Part shown: piece after piece, positions 27,042-38,006 of the stretch | Position numbering within the stretch: the stretch's first letter is position 1 | Layout: every line of letters begins with the position of its first letter | DNA from: Chryseobacterium gleum | GTDB taxonomy: Bacteria; Bacteroidota; Bacteroidia; Flavobacteriales_C; GCA-002722245 | Assembly (NCBI GenBank): GCA_945871895.1 | Contig: CAMBXP010000005.1 | Location: forward strand, 1 to 53,544 | DNA: 53,544 bases | Direction of reading: 5' to 3' | The notes under the pieces: generated by a model | The model's database searches: none | What the model saw: only the letters and a program-made list of their open reading frames with translations | What the model was told of the DNA's origin: nothing | Made by a program: the position numbers and the translations under genes

Positions 27042-28664
27042 TTACTTCGCCGATTTTTTTCTCCACAGCTGAACGGTGGTAAGCAACAATAAAATGAAAG
27101 TAGAAATCACGGCAATTCCACCAATTAAATAAGGAAATTTAGTGAATAAAGTTTCTGAATTGTTGGCGTTGATGGTTGCAGAAATCGCATCGGGTTTCCA
27201 CCATTCTGTCTTACTAATCACATCTCCTTTTTGGTCGATAAAGCCCGAAATACCTGTGTTTGCAGAACGAGCGATACTTCTTCTGTTTTCTATGGCGCGA
27301 ATTCTAGCGAAGGCAAAATGTTGTTTGTAACCGGGAGTATCTTGCCACCAACCATCGTTGGTAATGATGAACAACAAATTAGCCCCTTTGCGCACGTATT
27401 CGGTAACATAATCGCTGTAAATAGATTCGTAACAAATGATGGGTGCGACTTGCATTTTGCCATCTACCGAAGTAAAATTACTACGGTGGTTTTGTGAACC
27501 CAGTGTACCAGAAGTTCCACCTAAATCCAATAGAAATTCTTTCAATGAAGGAAATAAACTTTCGAAAGGCACGCGCTCTGCACCCATTACCAATAGTGAT
27601 TTATGGTAAATAGGAAAAGAAAAAGAAGTATCAATTTGTATGGCGGCATTGTACGATTCATAATACTCGCTGGCATCTGTAAATTTGCGGTAAGATGAAG
27701 GAATATCATTGGCGTCTTTAGGATTGACAAGGGCTGTAGAGGAGAGTCCGCTAACAATATTTAAGTTCTCATGATTTTGCAATAAATCGGCAAGCATTGC
27801 AATTTCCTGCGATTTATTTAAGCGTTCTTCCCACTGATTTCCTTGAATAGCTGTTTCGGGAAGCACAACATAACGTGTTGAATCGGTAATTTTGGAAGCA
27901 GCCAAAAGTATTGCTCTTTCCATCTGCTGCTCGGAAGTCATGCCATCAAATTTTTCACCGTAGGGGTCGATATTGGGCTGCACCACCATCACTTTTACCG
28001 GATTTTCATCCTCCACATAGGTCATGTAAATGGCGACAGAAATTACTATCGGCGCGAGCAACAAGAAATCGGCATTGATGAGTCGGCGAAAAACCTGCGT
28101 ATTAAAACTCTTTGCGCTTCGCCATTCCTTCACACACAAAAATAGCATCCAATTCATGCCCAACACCCAAGCGCTGCCGCCAAGCACACCAACGAATTCG
28201 TACCATTGAATGAGGTAAGGGCGATTGGCAAAAACATTTCCTAAGCTCAACCAAGGCCATGATAATTCCCAATTTTGAAAATGTAAAAACTCTAAACTCA
28301 ACCAAATAGAGATGAAAGCAAGTGGCCACAGTGCTTTAGAAATTTGTTTTTTAACCACATGAAAAAGCAAAAACATTAACGCAAAAAGCAAGCTGTTGGC
28401 TAATACTTCAAAGGCTACACCGCCCAGTTGTGCTGCGTAATAAATCCACCAGCAACAAGTTAAATTCCACACAAAAAAGGTTAGGTAAGCATAGCCAAAT
28501 ACTTTCCATTTACTGGCTTTTTTTTCAAATTGTTGGTGCTCGATATACAACAAAGGAACCAAGCCAATGAAGGCGCCTAAAGTAAAATCGAAAGGCGGAA
28601 AAGCCAAAGCAATGAGGAAACCCGAGAGTATGGAAAGCAGTGCATATTTTAAACGTTGAAGCAT
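27042..28664 (-). CDS. lnt: Apolipoprotein N-acyltransferase
   Basis: Multi-TM N-terminus; nitrilase triad LPETA / YHK / ICYES; [23 protein letters not shown]. Confidence 0.93.
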   Translation of the reverse strand: MLQRLKYALLSILSGFLIALAFPPFDFTLGAFIGLVPLLYIEHQQFEKKASKWKVFGYAYLTFFVWNLTCCWWIYYAAQLGGVAFEVLANSLLFALMFLLFHVVKKQISKALWPLAFISIWLSLEFLHFQNWELSWPWLSLGNVFANRPYLIQWYEFVGVLGGSAWVLGMNWMLFLCVKEWRSAKSFNTQVFRRLINADFLLLAPIVISVAIYMTYVEDENPVKVMVVQPNIDPYGEKFDGMTSEQQMERAILLAASKITDSTRYVVLPETAIQGNQWEERLNKSQEIAMLADLLQNHENLNIVSGLSSTALVNPKDANDIPSSYRKFTDASEYYESYNAAIQIDTSFSFPIYHKSLLVMGAERVPFESLFPSLKEFLLDLGGTSGTLGSQNHRSNFTSVDGKMQVAPIICYESIYSDYVTEYVRKGANLLFIITNDGWWQDTPGYKQHFAFARIRAIENRRSIARSANTGISGFIDQKGDVISKTEWWKPDAISATINANNSETLFTKFPYLIGGIAVISTFILLLLTTVQLWRKKSAK

Positions 28665-31600
28665 TATCTCATGATGTATAGTTTGCCCCAACCGTGTTTG
28701 AAATATTGTTTTTCAAGTGTACTTGGGCCGCTGGTTGTTGAAATGCTCACTTCTCTGCTTTCAATATCTTCACCTTTGATTCTGGCAGTAACGCGGTAGA
28801 GGTAAACGCCATTACCGAGTGGGTCACCAAAATTATCGGTGCCATCCCATTTGTATTCGGTGATGTTTCGTCCGATATTAATACTACCAATATCTTGCAG
28901 CGTAATTTCTTTCACAATTTTGCCTGTAATGTTCATAATATCGATACGAAAATCGCTTGGCAATTTCGACCCTGTAAGTGTAAATACAAACTGAGTGCTG
29001 GTAGTAAAAGGATTAGGCCAGTTGAGTACTTCGGTGATACTCGATTTAAGCACTACTTCAAATTGAATTCTGTATTCAGCAGTACCATCGCCTGCACCCG
29101 ATTTGTTGGCAGAGCGGTCGAGCGCTTTCACGCGCAATTCGTATTTACCTTCTTCGGCAAAATTTCCTTGAAATTCTAGTCGGCATTTGTTATCGGGAAG
29201 CACAGCCGGATAAAAAGTATAATCGTCTTGATCGATAATGAAAGTAGAATCGATTAAACCTTTGGGCGTAAGCTTATTCACTATAATGGTAAAAAGAGAG
29301 CCTTTGTCGAGCGCTAAAAACTGATTTTCATCTTTCAATTGAATGCTCACCCAAGCTTTTGGAGAAACAATATCGCCATTGAGAATATGAATACCATCGA
29401 AAGCAACATCAAGCAAAGGATTTTGTCTATCAGGAAAAACATCGAAAGGGAGGTCTAAAATATTGTTGAAATGATGTTGCTCCAATTGCCATGCTTGTGG
29501 TCCGGTGTAAGGATTAATCTCATACCATAATCTGTTTGCGCCATTGGTATTTAAAGTATTGATGCTGATGGTATCGTAATAAGATTCTCCTGCCGCTAGG
29601 GGAGGAAGCATTCTATAAGTTACCCCTTTTATTGTGTTGTTGTTGATGAACCAGTGCACTACCTGAATAGAATCGGAATTTGTTTTAGAAACATTGGTAA
29701 CAGCAATAATAATTTTCATGGTGTTACCTTCTTGCAAAGAATCGGAAGTTATAGAATACTTAACGTTTGGATTTAGAGCCAATTCGGTAATTTCATCAAA
29801 AACAATTTGCCATCTTTTGAGTTGATTTGGCGTGTGTAAAGAATCATCCGATAAGTAAGATTCTAAACGCAAATAAGGATAGGTTGCAGCATTGGCAATA
29901 GTATCGAACTGAAGCGTAGAGCCGCTTGCACCATTAAAAGTGTGCAATAGGACTTCATTTTTATTGGCATCAACACCATACACTTTTACATTTAGGGTGT
30001 CGTGAACATTGCCACCTTCTAAAGGAGTAGATTCCCAGTAAAAGGCGTTCCAGTTTTTTGCCGGACCGATTAATTTAGAACTTGCGGAACCACTTTGACC
30101 ATTGTTTTTCATGTCTGCGGCAAGAGATATAACATTCCATTCGCTGGTTCCCCAAGTTTGTGTGGCAAAACTTGGATTGCCTTTTTGAGCGATAAGAATG
30201 TAAGGGAAGGCCTGACCAGCAGTAGCAAATTTCGACAATGAATCTGTGTTTGCGCCCAAAGCCAGTAAGTTATTTTTGAAAGTAGTTCCATCGCTACCTC
30301 TGTTGGTAAACAGTTCGTTGAAATTGCTAGAACGGTAAGTGTATAAAGCAATATAATCGCTGTCTTTAGCCGCTGCTAATAAATTGTTAATTCCTTTAAA
30401 ATAGCCCCCTTTAGGCGCCACATCACTCACACCTGTTTGAAACCAATACGTTACTTCTCCATAAGGAACGGCATTTAAATACTGATTACCAGGTTCGTTC
30501 ACTTGTCCGTAATCAGGTTTATCGTCAACTCTCCAAGGATTCAAACTAGCATGGTCAATTACAGCAACTTGCAACAAATGTGTTGTAGAACGAACATCTC
30601 CCGTATAAGGCCATTTCCAATATCCTTTTAATGAGCCATCCACCCTCCACAGGTTGTCTACTCTCTCTGTGCTACCTCCATAACCAGAAGTTTGCACATA
30701 CAACTCTCTCACGTGTTCTGAAAAAGAAAACTTTCGTGTACTTGCATTGGCCCTCAAGAAATTATAAGAGTTTTCTTCCCATTGTTGAAAATGCGCTTGC
30801 CCCCATCCTGATTTATTTTGAACATATTGAAAGCTTGAATTTTTCCAGTTGAAAGCATGGGTATAGGATGAATCGAGGCTCACTCTCCAAAAGAAAACTG
30901 TTGGACTCGCCAGTGTTGTTACTGTAGGAAAATTATTGTAGAAAGAATACAATCCTGCATCCTCTATAGGATCAAGTTCTATTACGCCGCCTGAGTTGGT
31001 AATGCTAGTGGTATAAAGCGAAGGAGAATTAAAATTTTTGCAAGTATCTATTTGAAAAACATACTTTCTAGTACCCGACAAAGGATCGCTGGTAGAAGCT
31101 TTTAATGCACTTATTTTAGTAGGAACAATGGCATACTGATAAGGATAAATTGGCACTACATCGGCCGATTTAATATTCATTTGAAAAGTACAAGTGTTGT
31201 TCACCAAATCATCCAATTCAGAAACTTTGTAATAACAATCAACATCGATTACAAAAGTGTTAAGGCCAACGCCATTAATTAAATCTACGGGTAAGGTAAA
31301 TGTTACGTCACTTTGAAAACGAACGCCAGCAATTCTAATAATATATATAGAATCTTGAATGCCGTTCGGAAATTTTCTGGTAAGGCGAATATCTATTGAA
31401 TCTCTAATGGCTTTGCCGATGTTTGAAACAGTTGCTGTAATGGTAAATTTCTCATCTTTTGTGCTTACTTCAACTGGATTAATCTTTATCATTTGTTGTG
31501 AGAGTCCGTTAGGCCCGTATATCGTATAATCGGGTTTTGCGTGCGTATTCAATCTAAGCGCTGGGTCGGCATGTAAAGTCATTAACATACATACATCTTG

Positions 31601-33874
31601 CACATAAGGATTGCTGTAATTGTTATTTTCATCAGTAGCCTGAACATCAAGAACAGTATGTCGTAAAACATCACCCAACCCTTCGCCATAGTGCCTTGTA
31701 GCAAGATTTTTGTAAAAATTACCACTATACAGATAAAGGTTACCGGCCTCTCCAAGTGAAACAGAAGCAAGAAAACCAATGGCTCCTTTATTGGGTTCGA
31801 AAACCCACACTTCACTTCCGCTGTTATCATCAGGAAGATGTATGTTACCTATTAAACAAGAATTGGCGAGGATTAAAGGATATTTCCCTTTATTGTTGTA
31901 AGCGCTTGGAGCGTCAATACTTTGGTCGAAACCTGTTCCGTAAGCATGACCAAAAAACGTCATTAAAGAAGATCCATCATTGATATTAGAACGAATAGAA
32001 TCAGAAAGATTCATTTGCAAAGGGTCGGTTGTATTTTTTAAATAAGTATTTACTTTTCCGCCATATAAAGTATCCTCAATGGTAGCTTTGAATGAATTCA
32101 GATAACCGGCAAAAAGATTTCCTTCCGATTGATCAACACCACCCCCAAAGTGCAGCACTCTTTTCATCCAAAAAGCCTCAGTAGTCGATTCAAATTCTTT
32201 CACTTTGTTTAAGTACTCGGTAATTTTTGCGCCATTAGTAGCCGAAATTCTACCAATAGGAATTTCTGGTTCATAGTGAGAAGTATCAGTAATCAGACTG
32301 GTTAAATAGCTATCAGAACCTGGATAACCAAAAGTAGGTACTTTGTTGTTGTTGTAATTTTTGGCAAATTGGCGAGAAGAATTTTTAATACTATTTTCAT
32401 TAGTCTTGCTATCTGGATGTCCGGGCTGAATTGATTTACCAATTAAAAAGAAGTATTTAGCAACGGGTAAATTCCAGTTTTTTACCATGTCTTTGGCAAA
32501 ATTTCTAATGGCTAACGGGTGTTTTCTAATACCGTCGGCATACTGCATGTACAACTCTTCCATATCGGCTACCGTAGCGTTGTATCCAGTGCTGTTTCTG
32601 TAAGTTTTGTAAGCCTGGGTTTCATTGCTAAATTCCTTCACGCTAAGAATGTAATAATCGTAAATGCTATTTGATGAAGATTCTGTTTTGAAATCGGTAA
32701 ATCGGTTACTACCATGAACAGCAGGCTCTAAATAATTCACTTTAATACAAGCCGCATCGCTAGTAATAAAACAGCTTTTAGCATTGGCAACAGTATTAGG
32801 TACTAAGGCTTTATGGAATCCTCCCGACTTAAGTACAGGAATTTTAAGGTGATTGGTTAAATCCAATAAATAAGTTTCGGTGTTCTGATTGTTAAACCCT
32901 GTAATTTCCAAATATGCTTTATTGGTTCCATTGTAAACCTCCATCTTTGCTGATGTTAAATTGCTAAGATTAAAGGCTCTTGGGTAAGTGATTTTTATGA
33001 AACCCACGCCACTTTGGTCATAACCTCCGATAGGTGTAGAAGAAGCAAATTTTAGTACCGAAGTATTTCCCCATTGGTTGGATGGAATATCGTATTTAAA
33101 GCGCACAGTTCCATGACTTTCATAAGCGGTATCGGACAAAAGAATGTTGTTGTAATAGAATTTCACATTGTGATCAGGATACCTCTCATGATCATTGTTC
33201 AAGCCCGTTATTGTGGCTTCAACAGAGGATGTTCCGCCAAGTGGGTAGCAATAATTGCTGGCTATAGAGTCAATAACAGAATCATTTGCATAAATGGTTC
33301 CACCTATCCATCCTTCGCTTTCAGTATACTTAGGGTAATAGGTCTTAAGAGTAGTTACGATACCAGTGCTGTACTGACTATGGTAATATTTGTAGTCGGT
33401 ATACTTAAAAAACTTTGACGATGTATAGCCATTGAAATTCAAATCGGTATCGATGTTATAGCGTTTGGTTGAGTTAGAACTACCAACAGAAATAAAATAA
33501 TAAATGGTGTCGTTGTAAAGGCTATAGTAAGGGTTTGGGTTGTGTGTTGAATCTTCATACATCTGCTGATCGAAATAACTATCATTTCTTTCGGCATACA
33601 CTAAAATGAAATCATTAGGATCGATGATACCATCGTCTTCACCTTCAAAATGAATGTACTGTTCTTCACCTCTACCGAATACTTTAACTTTTTGTGGATT
33701 CGCGCTAATAAGATTGGCGCTGGCTAAAGCCGAGTAAGTAATTTTGTAAACACCACTGGCCGTTACTGGAAATTTATAGTAGGCTTTGCTATAATCAATC
33801 CACTTATTGGTGCCCGATTGAGCCCAAACATTTGCCGACAACACAAGAAGAATATAGAGTAATCTTTTTACCAT
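28664..33874 (-). CDS. Large C25 (gingipain-like) cysteine peptidase with T9SS CTD; PorU-paralog (PorU2-like) sortase candidate
   Basis: Signal peptide; IGRISA, FFGHA (His) and LANSC (Cys) dyad, GAIGFLAS, DRQNPLLDVAFDGIHILNGD, NWPNPFT..WDGTD..LGNGVYLY. Confidence 0.85.
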   Translation of the reverse strand: MVKRLLYILLVLSANVWAQSGTNKWIDYSKAYYKFPVTASGVYKITYSALASANLISANPQKVKVFGRGEEQYIHFEGEDDGIIDPNDFILVYAERNDSYFDQQMYEDSTHNPNPYYSLYNDTIYYFISVGSSNSTKRYNIDTDLNFNGYTSSKFFKYTDYKYYHSQYSTGIVTTLKTYYPKYTESEGWIGGTIYANDSVIDSIASNYCYPLGGTSSVEATITGLNNDHERYPDHNVKFYYNNILLSDTAYESHGTVRFKYDIPSNQWGNTSVLKFASSTPIGGYDQSGVGFIKITYPRAFNLSNLTSAKMEVYNGTNKAYLEITGFNNQNTETYLLDLTNHLKIPVLKSGGFHKALVPNTVANAKSCFITSDAACIKVNYLEPAVHGSNRFTDFKTESSSNSIYDYYILSVKEFSNETQAYKTYRNSTGYNATVADMEELYMQYADGIRKHPLAIRNFAKDMVKNWNLPVAKYFFLIGKSIQPGHPDSKTNENSIKNSSRQFAKNYNNNKVPTFGYPGSDSYLTSLITDTSHYEPEIPIGRISATNGAKITEYLNKVKEFESTTEAFWMKRVLHFGGGVDQSEGNLFAGYLNSFKATIEDTLYGGKVNTYLKNTTDPLQMNLSDSIRSNINDGSSLMTFFGHAYGTGFDQSIDAPSAYNNKGKYPLILANSCLIGNIHLPDDNSGSEVWVFEPNKGAIGFLASVSLGEAGNLYLYSGNFYKNLATRHYGEGLGDVLRHTVLDVQATDENNNYSNPYVQDVCMLMTLHADPALRLNTHAKPDYTIYGPNGLSQQMIKINPVEVSTKDEKFTITATVSNIGKAIRDSIDIRLTRKFPNGIQDSIYIIRIAGVRFQSDVTFTLPVDLINGVGLNTFVIDVDCYYKVSELDDLVNNTCTFQMNIKSADVVPIYPYQYAIVPTKISALKASTSDPLSGTRKYVFQIDTCKNFNSPSLYTTSITNSGGVIELDPIEDAGLYSFYNNFPTVTTLASPTVFFWRVSLDSSYTHAFNWKNSSFQYVQNKSGWGQAHFQQWEENSYNFLRANASTRKFSFSEHVRELYVQTSGYGGSTERVDNLWRVDGSLKGYWKWPYTGDVRSTTHLLQVAVIDHASLNPWRVDDKPDYGQVNEPGNQYLNAVPYGEVTYWFQTGVSDVAPKGGYFKGINNLLAAAKDSDYIALYTYRSSNFNELFTNRGSDGTTFKNNLLALGANTDSLSKFATAGQAFPYILIAQKGNPSFATQTWGTSEWNVISLAADMKNNGQSGSASSKLIGPAKNWNAFYWESTPLEGGNVHDTLNVKVYGVDANKNEVLLHTFNGASGSTLQFDTIANAATYPYLRLESYLSDDSLHTPNQLKRWQIVFDEITELALNPNVKYSITSDSLQEGNTMKIIIAVTNVSKTNSDSIQVVHWFINNNTIKGVTYRMLPPLAAGESYYDTISINTLNTNGANRLWYEINPYTGPQAWQLEQHHFNNILDLPFDVFPDRQNPLLDVAFDGIHILNGDIVSPKAWVSIQLKDENQFLALDKGSLFTIIVNKLTPKGLIDSTFIIDQDDYTFYPAVLPDNKCRLEFQGNFAEEGKYELRVKALDRSANKSGAGDGTAEYRIQFEVVLKSSITEVLNWPNPFTTSTQFVFTLTGSKLPSDFRIDIMNITGKIVKEITLQDIGSINIGRNITEYKWDGTDNFGDPLGNGVYLYRVTARIKGEDIESREVSISTTSGPSTLEKQYFKHGWGKLYIMR

Positions 33875-33878
33875 TCTT

Positions 33879-34958
33879 TTAATTTCTATTGATTCCAATT
33901 CTCAACGAAAACACATTCGTGTAAATCGCCGAACTCGCTCCTCCAACATTGGTGAGGGCGTAATCAAGTGCAATTCTTTTCACTTTGATACCTACCCCAA
34001 TGTTGGGTTGTAAAGTAGTTAGACGTTGTCCATCAGAATTGGTTTCCTTTTGTATGTTGCCCACCCCTGTTCTTAAGAAAAGCATATTCTTGTAATGCAA
34101 CTGTAAACCTATGTGTGGGTCGATACTGGTAAAATTAGAGGATATTAAAGTATTTCTTTTTCCATCAAAGGTCAGGTCTAAATTGATTTCAGGATAAACT
34201 CCAAAATCTTTCTTGATGGTGAACTGATGGCCTGCAGCCAAAATCAATCTGGGCAGAGCCACTTCAATACTATTGGTAGGCATGGCGTTACCTGTAGCTG
34301 CAAAAACATCTTTAAATTGGTCGAGATTAAAACTCCATGCACTAAAAGTAGTAGTGATGTCTCTGGCCATTGCCCCAAAATACCAATTGGCTTTTTTGTA
34401 TTGCGCACTGGCGTCTAAACCAAAACCCCAAGCATGAGCAAAATCGCCTACTTTACGGTAAATAATTTTTGCATTTCCACCTATACTTAATCCATCTACA
34501 GCGCCTATCTTTCTGCCGTAGGAAAAGATAAATGCATTGTCGGCAGCAGAGAAAGAGGTGATTTTATCGTAGTTGATATTTCCATTGGCATCAATCAATT
34601 CGGCTGTATTGGGAATATTGTCTACCCCAAAACGCAAAAAAGTAAAAGCGCCTGCCGATTCGTCGTTGATTTTAAAACCCAAGCCACCATACTCATATTG
34701 AGCAATGCTGGCGAAATAAGAAGCGTGCATTAAACCTACTTCTAATTTATTTTCTAAACGGGTTAGTCCTGCCGGATTCCAATAGCCAGCGGTGACATCG
34801 TTCACTAAAGCGATGTTTGAATTCGACATACCTAGGGCTGCAGCACCCACGCCAATATTTAAGAATTCGTTACTGTATTTTCTAACCACTTGCGCCTGTG
34901 TTTCATTTTGTGAAACCACTCCGCAAAGGGCCAGTAGGTATAAGAAATATTTTTGCAT
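33879..34958 (-). CDS. PorV/PorQ-family outer-membrane beta-barrel (PorV2-like)
   Basis: KYSNEFLNIGVGAAALGMSN, YWNPAGL, alternating beta-strand pattern. Confidence 0.85.
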   Translation of the reverse strand: MQKYFLYLLALCGVVSQNETQAQVVRKYSNEFLNIGVGAAALGMSNSNIALVNDVTAGYWNPAGLTRLENKLEVGLMHASYFASIAQYEYGGLGFKINDESAGAFTFLRFGVDNIPNTAELIDANGNINYDKITSFSAADNAFIFSYGRKIGAVDGLSIGGNAKIIYRKVGDFAHAWGFGLDASAQYKKANWYFGAMARDITTTFSAWSFNLDQFKDVFAATGNAMPTNSIEVALPRLILAAGHQFTIKKDFGVYPEINLDLTFDGKRNTLISSNFTSIDPHIGLQLHYKNMLFLRTGVGNIQKETNSDGQRLTTLQPNIGVGIKVKRIALDYALTNVGGASSAIYTNVFSLRIGINRN

Positions 34959-35030
34959 GAAATTATTTAAAGCGACTAACGCGGCTAAAGTAAAGATATT
35001 TTATTTAATTTGTTCGCTGAAAGAACGCCA

Positions 35031-35693
35031 ATGAAAAACTTGTTCAATTTACCGAATGTATTAACACTATGCAATTTAATTTGTGGGTGCTTGGCGATTT
35101 TTCTCGTTTTTGATTTGCGATTTTTTGATGCTTTGGGGCTGATGTTATTAGCGGCAGTATTTGATTTCTTTGATGGTTTTGCAGCTCGATTATTAAAAAT
35201 ATCCTCACCCATTGGAAAGCAGTTAGATTCGTTAGCAGACGTTGTTACATTTGGAGTGCTGCCAGGAATGATTGTTTTTCATTATCTTAAATTTAACTCA
35301 TTTAACTATAGTGTTGTAGCTTTATTAATTCCGGTTTTCTCTGCACTTCGCCTAGCCAAATTCAATGTCGACGAGAGACAGAACTCAGGTTTTATTGGTC
35401 TTCCAACTCCAGCGAACGCATTGTTTTTCGCATCCTTGGTTTTATTAGATGTGCCATACTTAAAAGAAATTGTTCTTATTTGCATCCCCCTCTTCTGCTA
35501 CTTCATGATCGCCGAAATTCCTCTCTTCGCCCTTAAATTCAAAAATTTCTCTTTTAAGGGAAATGAAATCAAGTACCTCTTTTTATTGTTGAGTTTGGTT
35601 TTGATTTTAGTTGTGCAGCTGCAAGCCATGCCATTTATTATTCTCTCTTACCTTTTATTGAGTGTGATCAACAATAGAGTTGCACGCAAATAG
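35031..35693 (+). CDS. pssA: CDP-diacylglycerol--serine O-phosphatidyltransferase
   Basis: LPNVLTLCNL, DFFDGFAAR..SPIGKQLDSLADVVTFG, LRLAKFN, FIGLPTPA. Confidence 0.88.
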   Translation: MKNLFNLPNVLTLCNLICGCLAIFLVFDLRFFDALGLMLLAAVFDFFDGFAARLLKISSPIGKQLDSLADVVTFGVLPGMIVFHYLKFNSFNYSVVALLIPVFSALRLAKFNVDERQNSGFIGLPTPANALFFASLVLLDVPYLKEIVLICIPLFCYFMIAEIPLFALKFKNFSFKGNEIKYLFLLLSLVLILVVQLQAMPFIILSYLLLSVINNRVARK

Positions 35694-35861
35694 TTGCACT
35701 TGTCATAAAGTTAATGGCTTAGTCAAATAAAATATTCATTCGCCGACCAAAAGAACACTCTTATCGAATAAAGATAGTTATTCACATAATATAACACTCG
35801 TTTACTTTACTTGCCTCCGTTTAATCCCTATACTTGCACCGGGGTTAATATGGGTAATAAA

Positions 35862-37652
35862 ATGAACTACAAAGGGTTAAAAAATTCTAGCACAGGAATG
35901 CTATTTCTTGCATTCTTGTTATCTATTTCATCAAATTTATTTGCTGCATACACAATGGGTGCTGCTACTGCAGGTAGCACTACATCTTCAACTGTTACTG
36001 CTTCTGCAACAATTAGCGCAAGTTCACCAAACGCTATTCTAACAGCTGGTTTCGCTTACGGAACATCTTCTAATCCAACTACACCAACTGTAACGGTGTC
36101 ATCACCTACAGTAGGCGCTCAATTTTCTTATAATTTTACTGGTTTAACTGCCGGTCAGAGATATTACATTCGTCCGTTCTTCACCCATTCAGGAGGAACT
36201 GTTTACGGAACACAAGTAGTCGTTTATACTTTACATACTCCTGTAACAGGTTCTGCAAGCACAATTATGCAAAATTTCGCTACTGTTGGCGCAACAATAA
36301 CAAGTACAACCGGAACCAATGCTGCGCCAACTGCTCGTGGAATTGTGTATGGCACGTCGCCAAGTCCAACTGTAAATACAGTAGCGCACACCACCACCAA
36401 TACCACTGCTGCTTATTCAGTAGTATTGCCAAACTTGGCAGCAGGAACTACTTATTATGCCAGAGCTTATGTTACCAATGCTGGAGGAACTGCTTATGGT
36501 AGCGACATGACATTTACAACTACTGCTGCACCAACTGTTTCTTATGCCTCTCTTCCGCTAACTGATAATTTTACTTCTTTAGGAAGCAATTGGGCTACAA
36601 CGGTAACCAACTCAAACAGCAGGGTTGTTTCGGTAGCTGCTGGCGGTGCATGGCCTCAGTTTAGCACTACAACCGATGCTAGTGGTTCTGCCACTGGAGG
36701 AAATGGCTTAGGTTTTTACAATACAGCCGTGGTGGGAGGTAATCAAAAATTAATGGCTCACTTGGGCTTAAATTTATTGAATAAAACAGGAGTTAGTTTG
36801 GCTTTTCCTATTGTGGATTATGGAACAGGTGGTGGTACCGGACAATATTGGGATTCTTTAATGGTTTATCTTTCAATAGATGGAGGAGTTACTTTTGGTG
36901 CCACAGGCACTTATGTGGCTATAAATCAAGCTCCTCACGGTGATGGTGTTTGGAACAATATATCTATTGATATTTCTACATTGGCTACAAATAATTCATT
37001 AACTCCTTCGGCAACATCAGTCGTAAAATTTGTGGCAAATCTTGCTAGAGCGGTAGATTTAGCGCAGATTAAGAATGGTTCTTACCAAATGGTCTATATC
37101 GAGAATTTAAAAGCAACCAACACGGGTACTTTACCAGTTAACCTGCTTTCTTTTGAAGGAGAGAAAGAGCAAGGTGGAAACTTATTAACTTGGACTACAG
37201 CTAGTGAAATCAATAACGATCATTTTGAATTGCAACGATCTATTGATGGAGTGAATTTTGAGACCATCACTGTTATTGGTGGACAAGGTACTTCTTACCA
37301 AATTAACCATTACGATTTTCTTGATACCAGAGATTTCAATGGCACTGTTTATTATCGCTTAAAACAAGTTGATTTTGATGGCACTACGACCTACTCAAAT
37401 ACAATTTCTATCTCGAATGCACAAGCCATCACTATCTTCAAGTCGGGTGAAAATGCTGCAACCATCAATGGCGAAAATTTAAGTGCTGTTGAGGTTTTCG
37501 ATATGAATGGTAAGTTGATTTACTCTGATGTTTTGAATAAGAATGTAAGTGCACAAACCATTCATTTTGATGCCAATTCGCTCTCACAAGGTGTTTACTT
37601 TGTTAGAGTGCTGAGTGGATCTGAGACTTACTCTCAAAAATTGGTCTATTAA
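35862..37652 (+). CDS. Thr/Ala-rich secreted T9SS type A cargo with two FN3-like repeats
   Basis: Signal peptide; repeats GFAYGTSSNPT..LTAGQRYYIRPF and GIVYGTSPSPT..LAAGTTYYARAY; LPVNLLSF..WTTASEINNDHF..YYRLKQVDFDG; CTD ending GVYFVRV..SQKLVY. Confidence 0.85.
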   Translation: MNYKGLKNSSTGMLFLAFLLSISSNLFAAYTMGAATAGSTTSSTVTASATISASSPNAILTAGFAYGTSSNPTTPTVTVSSPTVGAQFSYNFTGLTAGQRYYIRPFFTHSGGTVYGTQVVVYTLHTPVTGSASTIMQNFATVGATITSTTGTNAAPTARGIVYGTSPSPTVNTVAHTTTNTTAAYSVVLPNLAAGTTYYARAYVTNAGGTAYGSDMTFTTTAAPTVSYASLPLTDNFTSLGSNWATTVTNSNSRVVSVAAGGAWPQFSTTTDASGSATGGNGLGFYNTAVVGGNQKLMAHLGLNLLNKTGVSLAFPIVDYGTGGGTGQYWDSLMVYLSIDGGVTFGATGTYVAINQAPHGDGVWNNISIDISTLATNNSLTPSATSVVKFVANLARAVDLAQIKNGSYQMVYIENLKATNTGTLPVNLLSFEGEKEQGGNLLTWTTASEINNDHFELQRSIDGVNFETITVIGGQGTSYQINHYDFLDTRDFNGTVYYRLKQVDFDGTTTYSNTISISNAQAITIFKSGENAATINGENLSAVEVFDMNGKLIYSDVLNKNVSAQTIHFDANSLSQGVYFVRVLSGSETYSQKLVY

Positions 37653-37847
37653 AAAATTGATTTTTTCTAAAAACAGCTTGACTATACCAACCATCTCCAT
37701 ACCAAAGTCATGATAATGCGGAGGGTGGGTATATTTCTATTTTATCAAAGAACTATCACATCCTTTTTCGCGAGGAAGAAAAGGACAAATGAAAAAATAT
37801 TTTGCTGTGCGTTTTGCATTGAATCGAAGATAAAAAAAATGAAAGAA

Positions 37848-38006
37848 AATCTGCGAAAATTTGTGGGATCTGCGGGAGAAAAGTTCGTCGCGCAGGATGC
37901 ACTTGCCTAAAATAGACAATGCAATTGTCGGAGTAGAAACGTCACCAGTCTATAGACTGGCGCCATGAAGAAAATTGGTTTTGTAGAGACGCAAAACTTT
38001 GCGTCT
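37848..38006. repeat. Cluster of three different REP-like units
   Basis: TCTGCG-type 37848-37876; ATGGCGC-type (inverted) 37915-37966; GTAGAGACGCAAAACTTTGCGTCT 37983-38006, touching the lptB stop. Confidence 0.7.

Noticed and set aside
37710-37919. Short ORFs 37710-37910 (+) and 37737-37919 (-)
   Set aside because: They overlap repeat and hairpin DNA and show no recognisable motifs.
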